A DNA stretch of 27,932 nucleotides from Gemmatimonadaceae bacterium (GCA_044224875.1 JBGAJQ010000067.1:1-27932); one strand, 5' to 3'; positions 1 through 10,385 are shown, counted from the first letter of the stretch. Translations and numbers: made by a program. Notes: generated by a model not told the origin, from the letters alone.

Positions 1-1224
1 AACCGGACGGTGAAGATCAAGCTCTTCACCACAGCGAAGTATGACACGATCCCCACCTTGATTCCGACTAGGGTGCCAAACTACGCATCGGACACCGCTT
101 GGCTCATGTTGCCGCCGAGCGGAGTGGGGATGCGGTATGTGCGCGATCACCTACTGGTCCGATTCAAGAGTTTTTCGACACCCGCTAGTCGTCAAGCGGC
201 CATCGATCAGGTAGGCGGAGCAGTTGTCGGAGGTACCGGAGACGCGACAGGCGTTGCGGGCTACTACTATGTGCGCCTTCCTCCGGACCCTACACAGCAA
301 CGCATGTATCAAGCAATGAACCTACTCCGGGCCAATCCTGCCGTCCTCCACGTGATGCGGGATGTGGCAGTGCCACTAAGGGGCACTCATCAGCGCCCGT
401 CCGATGGTAACGGGTGGCAAGCCGTTGACTGGAACCTTCGTGGAACAAACTCGATCCACTCCCAATGGGGGCTTGAAGCGTTACGCGCCCCACTGGCCTG
501 GGGTTGCGAAACAGGAGATTCCAGTCTGCGGGCTGGTGTGCTCGACGAAGGTTTCGTCAGCTTGAACACGGTTCCCGACTTACTCGCAAATACGGCTGAC
601 ACGTCGAAGGTCAACATCCCCGGCTATGGGCTCATGCATGGGACGCAAGTGGCGAGTATTCTGGGAGCCCGAGGAAACAATGGCCAGGGAGTCGCTGGGA
701 TGACTTGGCGCGTCGCACTCGATCTACGTGATCCGACGGTACTCGACTCGGCCACCGGTAGACCAACCTTCGGCCGAGACTCAGCGAGATACTATCGCGA
801 GATAGAGCGACAGTTCAAGGAGATGGTGCTCCGAGGCGACCGTGTGATAAACATCTCCTTGGGTGCCGATAGCTTTCCTATGTTCAATGCAGCCGATACC
901 GCGCAGCTGGGACAGGCACGCGAGATCGTTTCGAGCCTTGCCCTTTGGATTCTCAACCCCGGGTTTTCCGGACAGTCCAGCAACGCGGTTGTTGTGGTTT
1001 CGGCCGGCAACGTGCCTAACGGTGACCCACGGGAGTCGATCTTTCCGCTCTTAAAAGACACGATTCCCAATCGCATCGTGGTCGTACGGGGCATGACGAA
1101 AACGGGCCACTTGCTTAGGACTATTGGGTCAAATGCTGGGTATGTCGACTTCGCAGCGCCCGGCGAGGGCATCGGGAGCCTCGTGCAGTCTGGCGTGGAC
1201 TCGCTCACGGGGTCGAGACGCTGA
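1..1224 (+). pseudogene. S8 (subtilase) serine peptidase paralog 1, N-terminal/catalytic part; 5' end lies outside the window; broken just before the catalytic Ser
   Basis: The frame is open from base 1 (NRTVKIKLFTTAKYD, matching NRTVKINLFTTARYD of the 3759-6644 paralog). It has the Asp motif GVLDEG, His motif HGTQVASILGARGNNG and oxyanion SAGN. It ends VDSLTG-SRR* where the paralog has SGTSHAAP. Confidence 0.85.
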
Positions 1225-2138
1225 AGCTGCTCGCGCGACGTCGTGGTGGTCCTCTTTGTGGCAATACCGTCGTGTGGGACACAAGATTCGACGGTTCGGG
1301 CAATGTAACCGAGCGTGTTTTGGCGAAGCGCACGCAGAGTGGCGCTGGATTCGACACCATTCTGACGAGAACGGTACCAGTCGACTCGATCTCGTACGAC
1401 CTGGCGATCACGCACGGAGGAAAGGAGATCCTTCGGAACAGCGGGCTGGGTGCCTACAAGCGCATTGCATACTACGACAGCACGGGATGGCACAACAGTG
1501 CCCAACCCTACCAAACGGTTACATCACCTAATTTCACCGGCTCCTCGAATTCGCGGTTCGCGCTATCCCACGACGGTGATACCACGTTCTACACGGCTGG
1601 TCAGCAGATCCCTCCATCATTCCAGACCGCGACGTTCTCATTCGGCATACGCACCAACGGCGTGAACCTCCCTTCGCTCCTTCAGTACTCGCTGGCAAAC
1701 ACGTACACAGACCCTTTCACTGGTTTTGAAGGTCCCGGCGGGGCGTTAGGTGGCGGAACCATCTCACCCACGGGTGACTTCGCCATCGTCGTGACGCGCG
1801 CCGGCCCGACCGTCTCGACCTATCAATTCGACCGCGTGTCACTACCCAGCGGCGCAAGGACCCCTCTGTTCACTGACGACTCACGGTTCCTTAACATTCC
1901 TTCTTTGAGTGACACTCTAGGGTACACGTTGCTCGGTCTCGGAATCAGCGAAGACGGTACGGAGCTCTCCTATTACGTCCATACTGCGTGGGATGTCCCC
2001 CGAGACTGCGTCCTCAGGCGGTATTCGCTGAAGACCCTCTCTTTCATGTCGTCCGATGTGGTCAGCTCGGACTTCTGCGTTGGAATGACCGGCGGCGCTC
2101 CTCGGGCCCGGTCGCGGATTGCGCGCCGAGCGCCTTAA
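1212..2138 (+). pseudogene. C-terminal continuation (-1 frame) of S8 paralog 1, probable beta-propeller-like domain
   Basis: The frame from 1212 reads VETLKLLARRRGGPLCGNTVVW, aligning to RAALRLAASRSGAPVCGNRVFI of the paralog. It shares SHDGDT and LG(I/V)(S/A)EDG(T/S)EL motifs and two C-terminal Cys. The ORF track starts it at GTG 1272. Confidence 0.8.
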
Positions 2139-2169
2139 GCACGGCGATAAGACACGTTAACTCCCTGGT

Positions 2170-2202
2170 CGAGGGCGGCCCCGCAGTTGAGAGCCGCCCT
2201 CG
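2170..2202 (+). terminator. GC-rich hairpin after S8 paralog 1, putative terminator
   Basis: Perfect 10-bp inverted repeat CGAGGGCGGC/GCCGCCCTCG about 30 nt after the stop; no clear U-tract. Confidence 0.5.
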
Positions 2203-2531
2203 TGCGCATACGATTTGGGCAACGACTCTCGCTCTCTAGCTGTGACTAACGAGTGGTGGTAGGCTCGAAAGGAGCCGGCGCTTGTGACACTAATCGCTCA
2301 CTCGCACATCGGGTAACCACTTCAGTGCAACCTCCCGCTGGCGACAACTTTGGCATGCGCCATCGGATCGGTTGGCGCCCCCCCGGCAACGCCGCCGTGT
2401 TCAGCGATGGATAGCAAGGCGGCTCAGAACCCACCTCGTCATTTCCGTGGCCCGATCCCGCCGATAACTCGCGACACGGCGATGTATTGTTGAGTGCCCA
2501 CGTATCTCTACATCTCCTCGCCGACCCGCCC

Positions 2532-2915
2532 ATGCGCGCCTTGCGAACACTGCTCCTCTTTCTCGGCCTACTCACACCCGTGTGGACCGCCGCCGCCCAA
2601 CAGAAGCCGAGAGACGTCACCGGCAGATGGGCTTTCGCTGTCGTCACCGAGAATGGGACCGGCTACCCCACCGTGACGCTCAAGCAAGAGGGCGAGAAGG
2701 TGACCGGGACCTACGAGTCACAACGACTGGGCCTGCGAACTCTGGACGGCACGGTGAAGGGTGACACGTTGCGGCTGACGATGAAGGCATCGAGCGATGG
2801 CATGCCCGACTTCACCTTTGTCGGCCTGCTCTCGGACCCGGACAATGTGAAGGGCTCCCTGGAGATGGGCGGCATGGGAAGCGCCACGTTCACGGGGAAA
2901 CGAGAACCCAAGTAG
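2532..2915 (+). CDS. Small secreted beta-rich hypothetical protein
   Basis: ATG 2532 gives a signal peptide MRALRTLLLFLGLLTPVWTAAAQ, then DVTGRW...LKQEGEKVTGTY...GTVKGD...FTGKR, a common small secreted beta-barrel pattern. Confidence 0.75.
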   Translation: MRALRTLLLFLGLLTPVWTAAAQQKPRDVTGRWAFAVVTENGTGYPTVTLKQEGEKVTGTYESQRLGLRTLDGTVKGDTLRLTMKASSDGMPDFTFVGLLSDPDNVKGSLEMGGMGSATFTGKREPK

Positions 2916-2940
2916 CGCCGGGTTCTTCGTCCGGCATCAC

Positions 2941-3501
2941 CTAGTCGCGAAAGACACCGCGAAAGAGCGCAGGCAGGTCGATGACCAGCTCGGGCTCGCG
3001 TGCGTTCGGCTTCCAGGACAAGAGACCGGTCACGACTTCCGCAGCGTCATCGTCCGGTCGCCAGCGCTCCACGACCCGGCGGGTGAGGTCGACGATCCAA
3101 TATTCCGGTACGCCACCTGCCTGGTACAAACGCCGCTTGCGACCGCGATCCTCGTGCGCCGTGTTTGGAGAGAGGATCTCCACCGCCAGCGTTAGGTCCT
3201 CAAGCGCCGTGAATCTCGTGCTAGCCGGGTCGCTGGGAAAGGGAAAGGTGATGATGTCCGGCTGCACCTCACCAGGACCGGCGATTCTCACCTCATACGG
3301 CGCAAAGGCGACAGCGAGTCCGATAGACTCCGCGTAAGAGGCAAGCAGGGGCGCCAGAAGTAACGCGGCACGCTGGTGCGCAAATGTTGGCGCCGGCGTC
3401 ACGAGCAGCTCGCCGTCGACAACCTCGTAACGGTTGCCGTCGTCGGGAAGCGCGTGGACCATCTCCAGCGTCCACCCACCGTAGGATTGAGACATGGCCA
3501 T
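2941..3501 (-). CDS. Uma2 (DUF820) family PD-(D/E)xK endonuclease-like protein
   Basis: Typical motifs LPDDGNRYEVVDGELLVTPAP..HQ, VQPDI, LAVEILSP, D...KRRLYQAGGVPEYWIVD. Confidence 0.92.
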   Translation of the reverse strand: MAMSQSYGGWTLEMVHALPDDGNRYEVVDGELLVTPAPTFAHQRAALLLAPLLASYAESIGLAVAFAPYEVRIAGPGEVQPDIITFPFPSDPASTRFTALEDLTLAVEILSPNTAHEDRGRKRRLYQAGGVPEYWIVDLTRRVVERWRPDDDAAEVVTGLLSWKPNAREPELVIDLPALFRGVFRD

Positions 3502-3758
3502 AGGGTATGCTCAGCGCTGAGTTCCTTGCAAGCGAACATACGCCGAGTGTAGTGCGGCGATGGTCAGAACCCCGCATCGTCGTATTGCGGCTCTGGTCAT
3601 TTCGACGTCGAACGCCCTGATTGAGGACTCTAGGCTCGAGATTCATGGTCTCGTTGGTGCAACCCCGACACATGTATAGGAGATCTGCTGTTGCGCCCCC
3701 CCCCCCAGGTGGCCGTTAAGCTGCCCGTCAACCAACGCCTGACCATGGTGGCGGGTCG

Positions 3759-6644
3759 ATGGGAAGAGGACCGATGTATCAACGGGGGAGGCTTGTGCGT
3801 GTTATGGGAGAGCATCGTGTGGGGGCGCCGAGCGCCCGGGAGCGTAGCATGGTTATCGCCGTAGGAGTCGGCATCTTCTGTTTGAGCTGTATGGACCAGG
3901 GTCCGGTCCAACCGCGAGGTCGGCCGATCGACGTACAGGTGGAGCAGGCCATCCCCGACGGCTGTGCGCGGTTCCAGATCCACGCCAATCCCGGCCAAAC
4001 TGTGACCATCGACTCGATCTACGGAACGCAGTATTGCCAGACCGATGAGTTGAAGCTGATCCAGGACTCGGCGGCGGTGTTCGACGCGGCAACTGGGAAA
4101 CTGCGGGTGCCGATCGTGGTGAAGAATATCGGTACCCGTGCCGTGCGAGGCTTGTTGAAGATCCGGTATGATGCGGACTCGGTGCAGCTGTTCGACACGA
4201 ATGGGAACCCCGTGGCCGGGCCGACGACGATCGTGGGGCTGGGCGACTCCACGCTGAACAATGGGCGCGTGGCGTATTGGGGGTACACGCAGCTGTTGGC
4301 GCCGTCGGGGCAGTTGCAGGTGCTGTTCTCGGGCCAGACGTCGGGGCGGCGGTGGTTGGAGCTGCAGGGCACGGATTGGAACCGGACGGTGAAGATCAAT
4401 CTGTTTACGACGGCGCGATATGACAGTGTGCCGGCAACACCTCCGGATTCGATTCCCGCCTGGATGCGCGATACGGCGAACTATGTGTTGGCTGATAACT
4501 CCCCCTCATCGATCAAGTTCCTCAAGAACGCCCTGCGCGTGGCATTCAAACCTGGGACGCCCCAAGCCAAAAGGCAGAGCGCAATCGATGCGATTGGCGG
4601 AGTCGTGGTTGGCGGTCTTCGCATGGGAAGCGACGGTGTCTACTACGTCCAGGTGAACGCACAGGGCAGCACCAGGACCGTCGTCGGCCTTGTCGACATT
4701 TTGGCTGCCATGCCTCAGGTGTTCTCCGCCTCGGAAATCGGACTAACGGGACTCGCACCCAGTTGGCGAAAGCCGAACGAGGGACCGTCAAACACCGCAT
4801 GGAATGCTTTCTCTCTGAGTCCGAGTGCCGCTTCGGGCGTCAACTGGGCGCTCGAACGCATCGAAGCACCGGCTGCTTGGGGATGCGAGACAGGAGCCAT
4901 CAGTGTGCGTATCGGGGTGCTCGACAGTCAGTTCGATCTCGCAGGTCAGTCTGATCTGCCAATCGCTTTCTCAAACGTGAACTTCGCTGAAGACTCTATT
5001 CTGAAATCATACGCGCCCAGTCCTCAGTACTGGCACGGGGACTACGTTGCGAGCCAAGTCACAGCAACAGGGAACAATGGAAAGGGGATGACAGGAGTGA
5101 TGTGGTCATCTGCGCTTGATGTGGCATCGCTGAGAGCAGACCCCGACCAGATCGGGCAGCCTCGCCGATACCCGCCTCCCGTGATCGGCCAACCGACGAT
5201 GAGTGACGAAGACTTCCTCACTCTTCACCTCTACCGCATGGGGGCACGGGGAGCGGCCGTCATCAACTTGTCGCACAACGTTTCCCCTTTAGCGCTGAAC
5301 GGCCCACTTACCGATACGGTCGTTATTCGAACACTGAACAGGTGGCGCGATGCGGTGGCGCTGGCGCTTGGTCGCTTGGACTACGAGGGATTCCATCCGC
5401 TGCTTGTGATTAGCGCCGGGAACGGGATTGGAAGCCCGATAGTCGGTAGAGACGCAACCTATGGCGGCACGAACTTGGCGCGCCAACTGTATCCCAACCA
5501 GGTACTCTCGGTCGGCGCATCGACGGAGACAGACACGCGCAGCGTTGGGTCGAACTTCGGCTCTCAAGTGGATATCTACGCTCCCGGCGAACTGGTCGCC
5601 GGGCTTGCCCCGGGAGACGCTATCGACGCAACACGATCGGGTACCTCCCACGCCGCTCCGCTCGTAACCGGCGTAGCCGGTCTGCTCAAGTCCTTCGATC
5701 CACGACTCACGGCGAGCGAAATCAGGCAGCTCATTCTGACCTCCGCGCCGGACAGCATAGTGGATGCGAGCGGTAAACATCCACTCCTCAACGCGCGAGC
5801 GGCGCTTCGCCTTGCAGCGTCGCGGAGTGGCGCACCGGTCTGTGGCAACCGCGTCTTCATCAAGAGCGACTCGCTGCTCACGGTCGAGCGTCGCCTCGAC
5901 GACGTCTCATCCGACGAAGTGATCGGGAAGTGGAGCACGGGTTGGCCAGTCATGTTTGTCGAGCACGGAGGCAAATCAATCTCCAACGGCCACATGACGG
6001 GCTCCAACGTGAACTTCGTGTTCAATGGTTCGGCGTGGACACAGACCAGTGGCGGTGGACATCCGAACGATAGCCCCTTCCTCCTCTCTCACTTCGGCGT
6101 CTCCCACGACGGGGATACGACGCTCTACTCGTTCCCCGTGCCCGCGAACAATCCCACCGGCGTAGAGCTGTCTCTGGCTGACGCGCAAGGCACGCCTCTT
6201 TCTCCAAAGGTCACCGTTCCCCTTTCAGTAACGAACGGCAGCTATGTGCGAGCGTTGGACCTGTCGCGACCCCGGGCATTCTTCTCTTCGCAGGGATTGC
6301 CGTCGAGTCTGTATGCCATCGACTTTGTCACGCAGACCTACTCAGCCGTGCCCCTCTCCTACGCGTTGAAATGGGTCGATTGGCTGGGCGTCGCCGAAGA
6401 CGGGTCGGAGCTTCGCATCGTGAACCGTGACATGACCGGGACCACCTGCAACATCGATTTCGTGTCCCTCCGCAGCGGCGACTATGGCGTCCTGCGTCGA
6501 CGCGTTGTCGGGTCAAAGGGCGCCAACCTGTTCTGCGCCACCGATGGTGCAATTGCGCCGAGGGTCATTTCCGGCGCCGTCCCGTCTCCCATGGTTGCTG
6601 GTTCAACAACCCTCACAATTCAGCGTGATACGCGGCGACCCTAA
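3759..6644 (+). CDS. S8 (subtilase) serine peptidase, probable lipoprotein, with N-terminal beta-rich domain, propeptide-like region and C-terminal propeller-like domain; true start may be downstream (e.g. ATG 3849)
   Basis: Complete triad: IGVLDS (Asp), HGDYVAS (His), SGTSHAAPLVTGVAGLL (Ser), plus SAGN. The hydrophobic stretch VIAVGVGIFCLSC resembles a lipobox. Confidence 0.92.
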   Translation: MGRGPMYQRGRLVRVMGEHRVGAPSARERSMVIAVGVGIFCLSCMDQGPVQPRGRPIDVQVEQAIPDGCARFQIHANPGQTVTIDSIYGTQYCQTDELKLIQDSAAVFDAATGKLRVPIVVKNIGTRAVRGLLKIRYDADSVQLFDTNGNPVAGPTTIVGLGDSTLNNGRVAYWGYTQLLAPSGQLQVLFSGQTSGRRWLELQGTDWNRTVKINLFTTARYDSVPATPPDSIPAWMRDTANYVLADNSPSSIKFLKNALRVAFKPGTPQAKRQSAIDAIGGVVVGGLRMGSDGVYYVQVNAQGSTRTVVGLVDILAAMPQVFSASEIGLTGLAPSWRKPNEGPSNTAWNAFSLSPSAASGVNWALERIEAPAAWGCETGAISVRIGVLDSQFDLAGQSDLPIAFSNVNFAEDSILKSYAPSPQYWHGDYVASQVTATGNNGKGMTGVMWSSALDVASLRADPDQIGQPRRYPPPVIGQPTMSDEDFLTLHLYRMGARGAAVINLSHNVSPLALNGPLTDTVVIRTLNRWRDAVALALGRLDYEGFHPLLVISAGNGIGSPIVGRDATYGGTNLARQLYPNQVLSVGASTETDTRSVGSNFGSQVDIYAPGELVAGLAPGDAIDATRSGTSHAAPLVTGVAGLLKSFDPRLTASEIRQLILTSAPDSIVDASGKHPLLNARAALRLAASRSGAPVCGNRVFIKSDSLLTVERRLDDVSSDEVIGKWSTGWPVMFVEHGGKSISNGHMTGSNVNFVFNGSAWTQTSGGGHPNDSPFLLSHFGVSHDGDTTLYSFPVPANNPTGVELSLADAQGTPLSPKVTVPLSVTNGSYVRALDLSRPRAFFSSQGLPSSLYAIDFVTQTYSAVPLSYALKWVDWLGVAEDGSELRIVNRDMTGTTCNIDFVSLRSGDYGVLRRRVVGSKGANLFCATDGAIAPRVISGAVPSPMVAGSTTLTIQRDTRRP

Positions 6645-6667
6645 GCCAGTTTAGACAGCTCGTACAC

Positions 6668-6704
6668 TGGGCGGCTCCTCGGTTTGGAGCCGCCCACGCT
6701 TTTT
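6668..6704 (+). terminator. Rho-independent terminator
   Basis: 11-bp stem TGGGCGGCTCC/GGAGCCGCCCA followed by CGCTTTTT, between convergent genes. Confidence 0.8.
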
Positions 6705-6778
6705 GTCACCACACAGTTCGCACTAACCTCACCTTGCATGTCCATTTCGCCCGCCAGTCCCCTCTAACAGAACGCGCG

Positions 6779-7267
6779 CTACATCCCCCGCAGCGCCCCC
6801 GCCATGTTCTCCATCGCCCGTGGATGCTGACGGAACAAGATCCGTCCCATAACCGCCGCCGACAGCAGGTTCGCGATCCCGACCTGATACCAGGCGATGT
6901 TCCCCAACGCCGACCCCTTCGACAACACATAGGTGAATCCGACGAAGCCGACCTCCATCACCACAAAGAGCACAAACAATCCCGCCATGAGCGATGGCTC
7001 GGCGTCGGACGCCCGCAGCATGGCAGCAGCAACAATCCCCACAATGACGAACGCACCAAAGTGAAAGACGGTGTACACGGCCACGTGTGTGATGACACCG
7101 AGGTTCTGGTTCGCCCGCAACACGCTTACCAGAGCCGCGCCTAACGTGGCTGGCGTCGACAGGGCTTGCCCGGAGATCAGGTCCACGAAGAAGAACCAGA
7201 CGGCGACCACGAGGGCACCGGCGGTCCCCGCCCGGGCTCCCTCGCGGGTGATGGTTGACGCTGACAT
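6779..7267 (-). CDS. Hypothetical integral membrane protein (about 4 TM segments)
   Basis: ATG 7267 is preceded by AGGAG; the product MSASTITREGARAG... has four hydrophobic segments. Confidence 0.8.
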   Translation of the reverse strand: MSASTITREGARAGTAGALVVAVWFFFVDLISGQALSTPATLGAALVSVLRANQNLGVITHVAVYTVFHFGAFVIVGIVAAAMLRASDAEPSLMAGLFVLFVVMEVGFVGFTYVLSKGSALGNIAWYQVGIANLLSAAVMGRILFRQHPRAMENMAGALRGM

Positions 7268-7404
7268 GTACGCTCCTGCGTGTCGGGTTGATTGCACGTT
7301 GGGCAGCGTCCCGGCCCCAGGCAAGCAAACCCAGCGGCGGTGCTTGCCGAATGACGTCCGCGGCGGAAGCTTACCTGTACACCCCGGCGTGATCCAACCG
7401 CAGG

Positions 7405-8643
7405 ATGGGAGGGAGCTTGGCCGCCACCACTGTCGCGCCACCTAACGATCTCGCCGCCCTGAAAGTCAAGGCACCTCCGGCGCCGCCGAAACGCCTCCCG
7501 ACCGACGCCGGCCGAGGACAGAAGGAACGCCTCCTCGCCCTCGATGTCTTTCGTGGCATGACGGTCGCCGGCATGCTCCTCGTCAACAACCCCGGCTCCT
7601 GGGACTACATCTACCCGCCGCTCGAACACGCCAAGTGGCACGGTTGGACGCCCACGGACCTCATCTTCCCATTCTTCCTCTTCATCGTCGGCATCACCAC
7701 CCACCTCTCACTCGGCTCCCGTCGCTCGCGCGGGGCGAGCGATGCAGACCTCGCCAAGCAGATCGTCAGGCGCGGACTGTTGATCGTCTTCTGTGGCCTG
7801 GCACTCGCCGCCTTCCCCTACGTCCCGCTCACGCGCATCACGCAGATGCGCTTTCCGGGGGTGCTGCAGCGTATTGGCGTGGCCTATCTGTGTGGCGGGC
7901 TGCTCACGCTCAAGACATCCCTGAAGCAGCAGATCGCGATCCTGGCGGTGATCCTTCTTGGTTACTGGGCGGCGCAGACGGTGGTGCCGGTCCCGGGCGG
8001 CGTGTGGCCCCCTTCATTAGATGACCCGTCCGGCGTACTCTCGGCGTGGCTCGATCGCGTGGCGTTCGGGTCGCACCTCTGGATCAGCTCCAAGACGTGG
8101 GACCCCGAGGGGCTCCTGAGTACGGTGCCGGCGGTCGGCACGGTGATACTGGGCGTCCTCTGCGGCCGCTGGCTGGACTCGCGTCGAGACATCATGGACC
8201 GGCTCGTTGGCATGTTTGCCGTGGGGTCGCTGGGCATGGTGGCGGGTCTTATGTGGCACTGGGTGTTCCCGATCAACAAGAGTCTCTGGACTAGCTCGTA
8301 CGTGATCTTCACGGCGGGGATGGCCACGGTGACGCTCGCCACCTGCATCTGGGTGGTGGATGTGTTAGGCAGCCGTAAGTGGACGACACCTATCGTCGTG
8401 TTCGGGATGAACCCGCTGGTCGCGTTCCTTGGATCTGGAATGATGGCGCGCGGTATCTATACGCTGATCAAGGTGGACGTTGGTGGTGAGGCGGTTCCAA
8501 TCCAAAAAGTGATCTTCGACCGGTACTACGCGTCGTGGTTGGAGCCTCGCAATGCATCGTTGCTCTTCGCCATCACTTTCGTCCTCCTGTGGGCCCTTCT
8601 ACTTTGGGGACTGTACCGCAAGCGCATCTTCCTGAAGGTGTGA
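7405..8643 (+). CDS. Heparan-alpha-glucosaminide N-acetyltransferase-like (NagX/DUF5009-type) membrane acyltransferase
   Basis: RLLALDVFRGMTVAGMLLVNNPGSW...LEHAKWHGWTPTDLIFPFFLFIVG, GVLQRI, DPEGLLST, PINKSLWTSSY. Confidence 0.9.
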   Translation: MGGSLAATTVAPPNDLAALKVKAPPAPPKRLPTDAGRGQKERLLALDVFRGMTVAGMLLVNNPGSWDYIYPPLEHAKWHGWTPTDLIFPFFLFIVGITTHLSLGSRRSRGASDADLAKQIVRRGLLIVFCGLALAAFPYVPLTRITQMRFPGVLQRIGVAYLCGGLLTLKTSLKQQIAILAVILLGYWAAQTVVPVPGGVWPPSLDDPSGVLSAWLDRVAFGSHLWISSKTWDPEGLLSTVPAVGTVILGVLCGRWLDSRRDIMDRLVGMFAVGSLGMVAGLMWHWVFPINKSLWTSSYVIFTAGMATVTLATCIWVVDVLGSRKWTTPIVVFGMNPLVAFLGSGMMARGIYTLIKVDVGGEAVPIQKVIFDRYYASWLEPRNASLLFAITFVLLWALLLWGLYRKRIFLKV

Positions 8644-8697
8644 TGTCGCTTCGCTCTGCCTGACGAGGGCGGCGAAGCAAGGAGACCGTTTCGGACC

Positions 8698-10362
8698 ATG
8701 CTCGCCGTCGCCGCCCGCTCCACAGTCGTTCGTCGCATTCGCCGCACCCTGCGGGCGCAGCTCTTTGGGAGCCTGTCCATCGCCGCGTGCGCCCTAGGCG
8801 CAAGCACGGCCCACGCCCAGTCCAGCGCCGCCGACGCCGATGAGGTGTCCCGCCCGCTGGCGACCAAGCCGGCCACCGCCCTGCCTGACGCGGCTCGCGG
8901 GTCGAAGGACCGCAAGGCGCGCACGGTCCGTCGCGCGAGCCTTCGCCGCAAGGCGCTCCCCCCGCTGCACTACGCCACCCCACTCGGCGCCTGGTCGCTC
9001 GCGTCCAGCCTGGACACGCTGTTAGGCGCGCGAGTCCGCACGGGAACGTGGGGGGTGCTGGTCGTCTCGCTGTCGAAGGGCGACACGCTCTACTCCGCCA
9101 ATGCGGACACCCGGCTGCTGCCGGCGTCCACGATGAAGCTGTTCACCACAGCCCTGGCCTTTGATCGTCTGGGCCCGCAACACCAGTTCTCCACGCAGGT
9201 GTTCAAGGATGGTTCGTTGGGTGCCGACGGCACGCTCGTTGGCAATCTGGTGCTCCGCGGCGACGGCGACCCGGGGTTCTCCAATCGATTCATCCCGGGA
9301 GACCAGAATGCGCCCATGCGAGCGCTGGCGCGCCAGGTTGCGGCCGCCGGGGTTCGGCGTGTGCAAGGCAACCTGATTGGCGATGCCACGGCATTCGAGG
9401 CCAAGCGGATTCCCGACGGATGGTCGCCCACCAACTCCGAGACATCGTACGGCCAGCGCGTGTCCGCGCTGTCGTTGAACGAGAACCTGTTGCACGTGGC
9501 GATTGCACCCGGCGCCGGCAAGGGACCGGGGCGCATCTCGCTGGAACCGGGAACCGTGGCGTACAAGGTCGTCAACGAGACGCGGACGGTGGCCGGAAGC
9601 CGACGGTCGAAGCTGACGGTGTCGCGACGCCCCGACGGCGCGGTGGTGGCCCGCGGCTGGATCGGGTCCAAGTCCGAGGTGAAGGTCTACGTGGTGGTCG
9701 TCGACGATCCCGCTTTGTTTGCCACTGGGGCGTTTCGTCAGGCCCTGCGCGACGAAGGGATTGAGGTGACGGGGGACCTGGTGATCGGCACGACACCGAC
9801 CCGTGCCACGGCCATTGCCACCCTAGCCTCGCCGCCGTTGGCGCAGCTGGCGAGCGTCATGAACCGCGAGAGCGTGAATCACTTCGCCGAGCTGATCTTC
9901 CGAGATGCAGCGCGGACCGGTGACCCGGCCGGCATCGGTTCGGCAACGACCGGCAATGCGCTGCTGCAGCAGCTGCTCGTGAACCGCGCTGGCGCCAGCC
10001 GCGACGCAGTCTTTGCGGCTGACGGAAGCGGTCTTTCGACGTTGGACCGGGTGACGCCTCGCGCCCTGGTGCAACTCCTGGCCTTCGCCGACAAGGCGCC
10101 ATGGTCACGGGAGTTTCATGAGTCCCTTCCGATCGCAGGAACCTCGGAACTGCTGCGTCACCGCATGCGGGCGACGCCCGCCGAGGGCAACCTGCACGCC
10201 AAGACGGGGACGACCAACAGCGTGATCGCGTTAGGTGGTTACGTGATGGCGCAGAATGGTGAACGCCTGGCCTTCTCGTTCCTGTACAATGGGCGCGAGC
10301 GATGGCCGGCTCGCGAGACGATCGACGCGATGGGCGGGACGCTAGCGGCGTTCGTCCGGTAG
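8698..10362 (+). CDS. dacB: D-alanyl-D-alanine carboxypeptidase/endopeptidase, PBP4 (peptidase S13)
   Basis: SxxK (PASTMK), SxN (ESVNHFAE), KTG (AKTGT), plus GDGDP and DGSGLS motifs. Confidence 0.93.
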   Translation: MLAVAARSTVVRRIRRTLRAQLFGSLSIAACALGASTAHAQSSAADADEVSRPLATKPATALPDAARGSKDRKARTVRRASLRRKALPPLHYATPLGAWSLASSLDTLLGARVRTGTWGVLVVSLSKGDTLYSANADTRLLPASTMKLFTTALAFDRLGPQHQFSTQVFKDGSLGADGTLVGNLVLRGDGDPGFSNRFIPGDQNAPMRALARQVAAAGVRRVQGNLIGDATAFEAKRIPDGWSPTNSETSYGQRVSALSLNENLLHVAIAPGAGKGPGRISLEPGTVAYKVVNETRTVAGSRRSKLTVSRRPDGAVVARGWIGSKSEVKVYVVVVDDPALFATGAFRQALRDEGIEVTGDLVIGTTPTRATAIATLASPPLAQLASVMNRESVNHFAELIFRDAARTGDPAGIGSATTGNALLQQLLVNRAGASRDAVFAADGSGLSTLDRVTPRALVQLLAFADKAPWSREFHESLPIAGTSELLRHRMRATPAEGNLHAKTGTTNSVIALGGYVMAQNGERLAFSFLYNGRERWPARETIDAMGGTLAAFVR

Positions 10363-10385
10363 AAACACAAGAAGGCCCGCGGCGC

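Noticed and set aside
2244..2300. GACTAAC followed by a small hairpin as a possible attC
   Set aside because: No matching L'/R' boxes at a suitable distance.
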